DNA from: Desulfobulbus propionicus DSM 2032
GTDB taxonomy: Bacteria; Desulfobacterota; Desulfobulbia; Desulfobulbales; Desulfobulbaceae
NCBI RefSeq assembly: GCF_000186885.1
Contig: NC_014972.1
Coordinates: forward strand, 3,300,001-3,332,000
Direction of reading: 5' to 3'
Length of the DNA stretch: 32,000 nucleotides
The position numbers and the translations under genes are program-made. Of this stretch, positions 25,100 through 32,000 are shown one piece after another. The notes under the pieces were generated by a model. That model searched no databases. It was not told the DNA's origin and worked only from the letters and a program-made list of their open reading frames with translations. The stretch's first letter is position 1; each line of letters begins with the position of its first letter.

Positions 25100-27115
25100 A
25101 TGTTCGAGAAAATTCTAATCGCCAACCGTGGCGAAATCGCCATTCGCATCATCCGTACCTGCAACCGTCTGGGCATCAGCACCGTGGCCGTCTACTCCGA
25201 CGCCGACAGCCGCAGTCTGCACCGGCACCTGGCCGACGAGGCGGTGCATATCGGCGAGTCGCCGTCGCAAAAGTCCTATCTCGATATCGACAAGATCATT
25301 GCCGCGGCCAAGAAGACCGGCGCCCAGGCCATCCATCCCGGCTATGGCTTTCTCTCGGAAAAGGCCGATTTCGCCCAGGCCATCAAGGACGCCGGGCTGG
25401 TGCTCATTGGCCCGTCGGTGGAGGCCATCGATGTCATGGGCGACAAGATCACCTCCAAGGAATTGGCCAAGAATGCCGGTGTACCGGTCATTCCCGGCCA
25501 TATCGAGGCGATCAAGGACGAGAAGGAAGCCATTGCCATCGCGGCCGAGATCGGCTATCCGATTCTGCTCAAACCGGCGGCCGGCGGCGGCGGCAAGGGG
25601 ATGCGCATCGTGCGTGCGCCCGAGGATATGAAGGAGGCCCTGGAGGCCAGCCGCAAGGAAACCCAGAAGGCCTTCAACGACACCCGGGTGTTTGTCGAGC
25701 GCTACATCGAGCAGCCGCGCCATATCGAAATCCAGGTTCTCGCCGACAGTTTCGGCAACGTCATCCATCTGGGCGAGCGCGAATGTTCGATCCAACGGCG
25801 CTACCAGAAGGTGATCGAGGAATCGCCGTCACCGGCCGTGTCACCGGACCTGCGCGAGCGGATGGGCAAGGCGGCCTGCGATCTCGCCCGCCAGGCCAAC
25901 TATGTCAATGCCGGCACCGTGGAGTTTGTCCTTGATGCCCATCAGCAGTTCTATTTCCTGGAGATGAACACCCGCCTGCAGGTGGAGCATCCGGTCACCG
26001 AGATGGTCACCGGCCTTGATCTGGTGGAATGGCAGCTGCGCATCGCCAGCGGCGAGCCCCTGCCCTTTGATCAGAAAGGGGTGCGGTTCAACGGCTGGGC
26101 CATCGAAGCGCGGATCTGCGCCGAAGATCCGAGCCGGGGCTTCATCCCCTCCACCGGCATGATCACCCGCTACGCAGCCCCGCGCGGAACCGGCATCCGG
26201 GTGGATTCCGGGGTCAACATCGGCGGCAAGGTCGACGTCTACTACGATTCGATGCTCGCCAAGCTCATCTGCCACGGCAAGACCCGCGAAGATGCTCGCC
26301 GCAGCCTGATCGAGGCCCTCAACGGCTATCACATCGAGGGCGTGTCGACCAATATCGATTTTGTCACCAGCGTGCTCTGTCTGCCCGAATTTGCCGAAGG
26401 CAACCTGCACACCGGTTTCATCGAACAGCACTTCGACGGCGGCAAATCCAAACGTTCGCCGGCTGTCCACTACCTGCGGCTGGCCGCCCTGGTCGCGACC
26501 CTGATCTATCACACCCGCGAGGTCGCGGTGCGCGAATCCATGAGCCACATGGTTTCCAGCATCGGCGGCAAACGGAAGATGGGCCGTTTTCCCCAGTACA
26601 TGGTGCGCTGCGAGGACGATCATTTCAACGTCGCCCTGGAAAATCCGCCGATCAGCGGCGAAACCTGCACCATGCGGGTGGACGGCAACCTTTACCAGGT
26701 GGAAATTCCGTATTTCGAGTTTTTCCGCCGCCGCCTCAAACTGGTGATCAACGGTCAGGTGTACCGGTTCCGGATCCAGTTCGACGAATCGTTCATGTTT
26801 GTCTCCTTCAACGGGCTCTCTCGTCTGTTCGAGGTCTATACCCCCAAGGAATGGGCCATGATGACCTACATGCCCGAGAAGGCCGACAAGTCGCTCAACA
26901 ACGTCCTGCTCTGCCCGATGCCGGGTCTGGTGGTGGATGTGCTGGCCCAGAAAGGCGAGCGTGTCTTCCGCGGCCAGAACCTGGTCATTCTCGAGTCGAT
27001 GAAAATGGAAAGCGGCGTGGCCTCGCCGGTGGACGGCATCATTGCCGAGGTCCTGGTCGCCAAGGGTCAGGCGGTGGAGGCCGACGAAACCCTGATCAAG
27101 TTCGAGGTCGTGTAG
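25100..27115 (+). CDS. Biotin carboxylase fused to biotin carboxyl carrier domain (acetyl/propionyl-CoA carboxylase alpha chain)
   Basis: The ATG at 25100 is preceded by GAGG; the ORF track starts at GTG 25088. KILIANRGEIAIRIIRT, HPGYGFLSE, GGGGKGMRIV, HIEIQVLAD, ERECSIQRRYQKVIEE, FLEMNTRLQVEHPVTE. C-terminal biotinyl motif LESMKMES. Confidence 0.9.
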   Translation: MFEKILIANRGEIAIRIIRTCNRLGISTVAVYSDADSRSLHRHLADEAVHIGESPSQKSYLDIDKIIAAAKKTGAQAIHPGYGFLSEKADFAQAIKDAGLVLIGPSVEAIDVMGDKITSKELAKNAGVPVIPGHIEAIKDEKEAIAIAAEIGYPILLKPAAGGGGKGMRIVRAPEDMKEALEASRKETQKAFNDTRVFVERYIEQPRHIEIQVLADSFGNVIHLGERECSIQRRYQKVIEESPSPAVSPDLRERMGKAACDLARQANYVNAGTVEFVLDAHQQFYFLEMNTRLQVEHPVTEMVTGLDLVEWQLRIASGEPLPFDQKGVRFNGWAIEARICAEDPSRGFIPSTGMITRYAAPRGTGIRVDSGVNIGGKVDVYYDSMLAKLICHGKTREDARRSLIEALNGYHIEGVSTNIDFVTSVLCLPEFAEGNLHTGFIEQHFDGGKSKRSPAVHYLRLAALVATLIYHTREVAVRESMSHMVSSIGGKRKMGRFPQYMVRCEDDHFNVALENPPISGETCTMRVDGNLYQVEIPYFEFFRRRLKLVINGQVYRFRIQFDESFMFVSFNGLSRLFEVYTPKEWAMMTYMPEKADKSLNNVLLCPMPGLVVDVLAQKGERVFRGQNLVILESMKMESGVASPVDGIIAEVLVAKGQAVEADETLIKFEVV

Positions 27116-27127
27116 ACCACCGAACGT

Positions 27128-27166
27128 GGCGGGCGCCCACGCACCTCGCGGGCGCCCGCCTTCTCC
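27128..27166 (+). terminator. GC-rich hairpin after the carboxylase operon (terminator-like, poor U-tract)
   Basis: Perfect 10-bp stem GGCGGGCGCC (27128-27137) / GGCGCCCGCC (27151-27160), followed by TTCTCCC. Confidence 0.4.
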
Positions 27167-27217
27167 CTGGGCTGTCCAGGCAATGCCTCCGCAACCCTTC
27201 CCCTTGGTGCTGCCGCC

Positions 27218-27475
27218 ATGATCAAGCTCACCCGTCTCAATGGGAGTGAACTCTATCTCAATCAGGATCTGATCAAGAGCATCGAAGAAAAGCCCGATAC
27301 CACCATCGAGCTGATCAACGGCGATCGGATTCTGGTGCGTGAACAGCCGGACGAAATCATTGACCGCATCATCGCCTTTCGCCTCCGGATTGTCCGGCTG
27401 GCCGGCGGCGATGCACAGACAACGCAATCCAACGTTAAAAGCACGAACTCTTTCTCCTTCTTTCCCTATTTTTAG
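27218..27475 (+). CDS. flbD: Flagellar protein FlbD
   Basis: 85 aa. MIKLTRLNGSELYLNQDLIKSIEEKPDTTIELINGDRILVREQPDEIIDRI matches the FlbD family pattern as I recall it (MIKVTRLNG..F.IN..LIE.IE..PDT.I.L..G.K..V.ES..E). Lies upstream of motA/motB. Confidence 0.85.
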   Translation: MIKLTRLNGSELYLNQDLIKSIEEKPDTTIELINGDRILVREQPDEIIDRIIAFRLRIVRLAGGDAQTTQSNVKSTNSFSFFPYF

Positions 27476-27638
27476 CAATCAATATTTTGAAATTATTGCT
27501 TATTTATTTTTTACGGCAAAATTCACTGTCCCCCGCTTTTTTCCTTTCTAATCTTTCGCCATCCCCATACAATATGCTCCTCTGGCTCTCCTGCGAAAAA
27601 CAGGTGACCATCCGTTTCCCCTCGGCTCAAGCAATTCT

Positions 27639-28424
27639 ATGGATATCGCAACCCTCATTGGCCTTGTTCTGGGCCTGGGTGCCGTCGTCGGCGGCGCCGC
27701 CCTGGAAGGCCTGCATCTCAATGCCCTGGTGCAGCCGACCGCAGCCCTGATCGTACTCGGCGGCACCTTTGGCGCCGCCTTTGTCAGTTTTCCCCTGCCC
27801 ACGGTGCTCAGAGCCTTCAAGGATGTCAAAAAACTCCTCGCTGGTTCGCCCAAGAACGACGACATCATCGCCGACATCTGCGCGTTCGCCGCCAAGGCCC
27901 GGAAAAACGGCATCATCGCCCTGGAGCAGGATGCCAAGAGCCACAAGGATCGGTTCATGAAAAAGGCCATTTCCCTGTCGGTCGACGGGATCGATCCCAA
28001 GGAGATCAGGGAGCTGCTGGAGATCGATATGAGCGCAACCGAAGAGCAGGCCAAGATGAGCGCCGAATTTTTCGAGGCCGCCGGCGGGTATGCCCCAACC
28101 ATCGGCATCATCGGCGCGGTACTCGGCCTGATTCACGTCATGAGCAACCTCTCCGACACGTCCAAGCTCGGCGCCGGTATCGCCGTGGCCTTCGTGGCCA
28201 CCATTTACGGCCTGATCACCGCCAACATCCTCTGCCTGCCGGCGGCGACCAAGATCAAGCTGCGCATCAAGGATGAAATGGTGCGCAAGGAGATGATCAT
28301 CGCCGGGGTCGTGGCCATCCAGAATGGCGAAAACCCGCGCTTCATTGAGGAACGGTTGCGTTCCTACCTGGGCGGAGAAGGCGACGACAAACCGAGCGCG
28401 GTCGCCGAAGAGGAGGCAAAGTAA
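27639..28424 (+). CDS. motA: Flagellar stator protein MotA/PomA family
   Basis: 261 aa. MDIATLIGLVLGLGAVVGGAALEG, ARKNGIIALEQ, APTIGIIGAVLGLI, IYGLITANILCLPAA. Its stop abuts the motB ATG (28424/28425). Confidence 0.85.
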   Translation: MDIATLIGLVLGLGAVVGGAALEGLHLNALVQPTAALIVLGGTFGAAFVSFPLPTVLRAFKDVKKLLAGSPKNDDIIADICAFAAKARKNGIIALEQDAKSHKDRFMKKAISLSVDGIDPKEIRELLEIDMSATEEQAKMSAEFFEAAGGYAPTIGIIGAVLGLIHVMSNLSDTSKLGAGIAVAFVATIYGLITANILCLPAATKIKLRIKDEMVRKEMIIAGVVAIQNGENPRFIEERLRSYLGGEGDDKPSAVAEEEAK

Positions 28425-29202
28425 ATGGCGCGAAAAAAAGCACCGGAAAAACCACCCAATCATGAACGGTGGCTGGTGTCCTACGGCAACTTCATCACCC
28501 TGCTGTTCGCGGTGTTCGTCACCTTGTACGCCATGTCGCAGGTCGACAAGAAGAAAGTCGAGGAGGTGGCCGATTCCTATCGCAACGCCTTCGGCATCAG
28601 CACCGGTATCCAAGCCGGCAAACCGGCCGTCCTGCCCACCACGGACATGGCCCCCATCCCAAGCGTGCAGCCGCAGCCTCCTCCACCCGCCGGATCGTCG
28701 GGACAAGCTGGCAACAGTGGCAAAGTCCGGGCCACCCATCGCGAATTCAAGCACCTGCTGGTAACCCTCGAAAAGTATCTCGGTGACCACCCGCGGGCTG
28801 GTCATCAGTCTCCGGGAGGCAGGCTTTTTCGATTCGGGCAGCGCCGGGATCAAGCCCGCCGCTTTTGCGCTCCTGGCGGAAATCGCCCGGATTCTGCAAC
28901 CGTTTGCCAATCCGCTCAGCTTCGAGGGACACACCGACAACCAACCGATCCGCTCTCCGGCCTTTCCGTCCAACTGGGAGCTGTCCTCGGCCCGGGCCAC
29001 CAGTCTGGCCCGCTATTTCATCGAGCGACAGGGGTTCGCCCCTGAGAAACTGTCGGTGACCGGCTACGGCGAATACCGCCCCGTCACCACCAACGACACG
29101 GAAGCAGGACGGGCGATGAACCGCCGGGTGGATATTGTTCTGTTGGAGATGACCAGCGGGGACAAGGAGATACCTGCGCTGGACAGACGGCCTCCGTTTT
29201 GA
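28425..29202 (+). pseudogene. motB: motB (stator, OmpA-like peptidoglycan-binding) interrupted by a frameshift
   Basis: The N-terminal TM/plug part is in frame 28425.. (ERWLVSYGNFITLLFAVFVTLYAMS). The OmpA-like C-terminus is in the +1 frame, ORF 28783..29202 (RGLVISLREAGFFDSGSA .. EGHTDNQPI .. SNWELSSARA .. GYGEYRP .. NRRVDIVLL). The +1 frame has a stop at 28762-28764, so the switch must occur within 28765-28790. Confidence 0.75.
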
Positions 29203-29300
29203 CGGAGGCAAAAATGCGCGGCCGGCTTAGCAGGTATCGCTCGCGGCATGATGCGGGCAACAGTGCGGGGACCGTGTTGCTGTCAAAAAAATTTGCCAGA

Positions 29301-29417
29301 CATTGCTGAATTCCGCGGCAAACGGAAGCGGGGGAACCAATTTGTTGGGGCGAATCGCGCACTGCGCGTAAGGCATCTCTCAGCCTGAGTCCGTCAGCTC
29401 ACCTCGCAAGCGCAATG
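29301..29417 (+). promoter_or_regulatory. c-di-AMP riboswitch (ydaO/kimA class) in the kup leader
   Basis: P1 is CATTGC (29301-29306) / GCAATG (29412-29417). The conserved blocks as I remember the motif are all present: GCTGAATTC, AGCGGGGGAACCA, TTGGGGCGAATC, GGC..GCCTGAG, TCCGTCAGCTCACCTCGCAAGCG. For comparison, B. subtilis ydaO has AGCGGGGGACCCA, UUGGGGUGAAUC and CCCGUCAGCUAACCUCGUAAGCG. Confidence 0.8.
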
Positions 29418-29476
29418 AGAGCCTCCGGTCAGCGTCCAGGGGCTTGCACAACAGGAACCAGGAGGTCCGTCATCCC

Positions 29477-31399
29477 ATGCCCCGTACTGCGCACTCGACA
29501 ACCGTCTCCCAGACCGACAACAATCACCATCCCCAGCAGGCGCCGCTCGCCTCCCTGGCTCTGGCCGCCCTTGGCGTCATCTACGGGGACATCGGCACCA
29601 GTCCCCTGTACACCATCAAGGAATGCTTTTCCGGCAGCCACGGCGTGGAACCCACCACCGCCAACATTCTCGGCATCCTGTCGCTGGTGTTCTGGTCGCT
29701 GATGGTCGTGATCAGCCTCAAGTACGTCATTTTCGTGCTTCGGGCCGACAACAAGGGCGAGGGCGGCACCTTTTCCCTGCTGGCCGCCTTGCGCACGCCG
29801 CTGGGGCAACGCAAACGCTGGTGGGCGGTCCTGGCGGTGCTCGCCGCGGCCGGCGCCTCGCTGCTGTACGGTGACGGCGTCATCACCCCGGCCATCTCCG
29901 TGCTCTCGGCCATGGAGGGGCTCACCATGGCCACCGACGCCGCCGCCCCCTACGTGGTGCCGCTCACCTGCCTCATCCTGTTGGCCCTGTTCTGCGCCCA
30001 ACGGTACGGCACGGCGGTGATCGGCAAGGTCTTCGGCCCCATCATGATCCTCTGGTTCGGCAGCCTCGGCGCACTCGGCCTGATCGCCATCTTCCGCCAG
30101 CCCGATGTGCTCTTGGCCCTCAACCCGGTCTATGCCTATGAGTATTTTGCCATACACCGGATGCACGGATTCATCTCCCTGGCCTCGGTGGTGCTGTGCA
30201 TCACCGGCGGCGAAGCCCTCTACGCCGACATGGGCCATTTCGGCCGCCTACCCATCCGGATCACCTGGTGCGGCATCGTCCTGCCCGGCCTGGTGCTCAA
30301 CTATTACGGCCAAGGGGCGTTGCTGCTCCACGATCCCGCTATCGCCGAGGTCAATCCCTTTTACGCCCTGGCGCCGAAAGCGGTGCTCTATCCCCTGGTC
30401 GGCCTGGCCACGGTGGCGGCGGTCATCGCCTCCCAAGCCATGATCTCGGGCGTCTATTCACTCACCCAGCAGGCGATGCAACTGGGGTTCACCCCACGCA
30501 TGCGCATCATCCATACCTCGGAGCAAGCCAGGGGACAGATCTACATTCCCACCGTGAACTGGTTGGTGATGCTCGCCTGCCTGACCCTGGTGCTGACATT
30601 CAAGGAATCGTCCCGGCTGGCCGCCGCCTACGGGTTCGCGGTCACCGCCACCATGACCATTACCTCGATCATGTATTTCCACATTCTTCGCTTCCGTTGG
30701 CACTGGACACTGTGGCGGAGCGTCGCCCTGGTCGGGCTGTTTCTCCTTTTCGATTCCTCGTTCCTGGGGGCCAATATCCTCAAGATCAAGGATGGCGGCT
30801 GGATCACCGTCTGCATCGCCTCCCTGGTCTTGGTATCGATGATCACCTGGCGCGACGGCCGCATCCTGCTGGCCAAGCACTATGCACTGATGCGCTTGCC
30901 CACCGATGTCTTTCTCAAGGATTTGGCCGAATACAGTCCACAGCGAACCGCGGGCACGGCCGTGTTCATGTCGATCACCCCCGAGGGCATTCCCCATACC
31001 CTGCTGCACCATCTCAAGCACAACGAGGCCCTGCACGAACGGGTGCTGCTCCTGTCCATTCTTTCGGCGGAGACACCCAAGATAGCGGCGAGCGAACGGG
31101 TACAGGTGGAGGCGCTGGGGCAGGGATTCTATCGGGTCAAGGCCCAATACGGGTTCATGGAGTCGCCGAACATGCCGGAGATTCTCGATCTGGTAAGCCG
31201 AAAAGGGGTAGCGATCGATATCTATACCACCTCGTTCTTCCTGGGACGTGAAACCCTGTTTGCCACCGGACCGGCGCCCATGGCCCAATGGCGCAAAAAG
31301 CTGTTCATCTTCATGTCGCGCAACGCCTGGAACGCCACCTCGTTCTTCAAGCTGCCGCCGGATCGGGTGGTGGAGTTGGGGACACAGGTGGAGCTGTAG
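29477..31399 (+). CDS. kup: KUP/HAK/KT-family potassium uptake protein
   Basis: The ATG at 29477 lies 11 nt after AGGAGG (29460-29465); the ORF track starts at TTG 29444. Hallmark LGVIYGDIGTSPLYT, GEGGTFSL, YGDGVITPAISVLSA, TGGEALYADMGHFG. 12-TM body plus a cytoplasmic C-terminal domain. Confidence 0.9.
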   Translation: MPRTAHSTTVSQTDNNHHPQQAPLASLALAALGVIYGDIGTSPLYTIKECFSGSHGVEPTTANILGILSLVFWSLMVVISLKYVIFVLRADNKGEGGTFSLLAALRTPLGQRKRWWAVLAVLAAAGASLLYGDGVITPAISVLSAMEGLTMATDAAAPYVVPLTCLILLALFCAQRYGTAVIGKVFGPIMILWFGSLGALGLIAIFRQPDVLLALNPVYAYEYFAIHRMHGFISLASVVLCITGGEALYADMGHFGRLPIRITWCGIVLPGLVLNYYGQGALLLHDPAIAEVNPFYALAPKAVLYPLVGLATVAAVIASQAMISGVYSLTQQAMQLGFTPRMRIIHTSEQARGQIYIPTVNWLVMLACLTLVLTFKESSRLAAAYGFAVTATMTITSIMYFHILRFRWHWTLWRSVALVGLFLLFDSSFLGANILKIKDGGWITVCIASLVLVSMITWRDGRILLAKHYALMRLPTDVFLKDLAEYSPQRTAGTAVFMSITPEGIPHTLLHHLKHNEALHERVLLLSILSAETPKIAASERVQVEALGQGFYRVKAQYGFMESPNMPEILDLVSRKGVAIDIYTTSFFLGRETLFATGPAPMAQWRKKLFIFMSRNAWNATSFFKLPPDRVVELGTQVEL

Positions 31400-31411
31400 G
31401 GACCGTCCGGT

Positions 31412-32000
<589 letters not shown>

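Noticed and set aside
25841-27478. 545-aa ORF on the minus strand
   Set aside because: Antisense shadow of the biotin carboxylase-BCCP gene and flbD. It has no recognisable motifs, whereas the plus-strand product matches the family end to end.
28765-28790. Programmed ribosomal frameshift in motB
   Set aside because: There is no recognisable slippery heptamer or stimulatory structure, and no known precedent for motB. An indel (real or sequencing-derived) near the A4 run is the simpler explanation, and the Asp-to-Asn change favours decay.

Overview
GC-rich bacterial chromosomal segment. Its gene content suggests an anaerobic deltaproteobacterium/Desulfobacterota-like organism, but that taxon is only a guess from protein families. 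I found no rRNA, tRNA, CRISPR array, transposase or integrase. Positions 1-18.6 kb, all on the + strand, hold an unusual paralogous cluster. It has three Cache-type sensor histidine kinases, four single-domain (output-less) receiver proteins, and three large PEP-synthase/PPDK-like proteins. These large proteins have an ATP-grasp domain, a swivelling His domain and a conserved C-terminal domain I cannot assign. The cluster also encodes a secreted single-Cache protein, an HTH protein with a degenerate receiver-like tail, a TauE/SafE-type permease and a 2-TM protein. I consider this the best candidate for an undescribed system, namely two-component signalling coupled to dikinase-like enzymes. The rest of the window is mostly housekeeping: a BamE-like lipoprotein, a YheT-type alpha/beta hydrolase, a DsrE-like protein and a CBS-pair protein. 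These are followed by OadG-like and OadB-type Na+-decarboxylase membrane subunits and a biotin carboxylase pair (carboxyltransferase plus BC-BCCP fusion). The window ends with flbD-motA-motB, a c-di-AMP (ydaO-class) riboswitch in front of kup, and a partial GltD-like oxidoreductase on the minus strand. The motB gene is frameshifted and has Asn at the conserved channel Asp. All calls come from reading the ORF translations and the DNA by eye; no searches were run.
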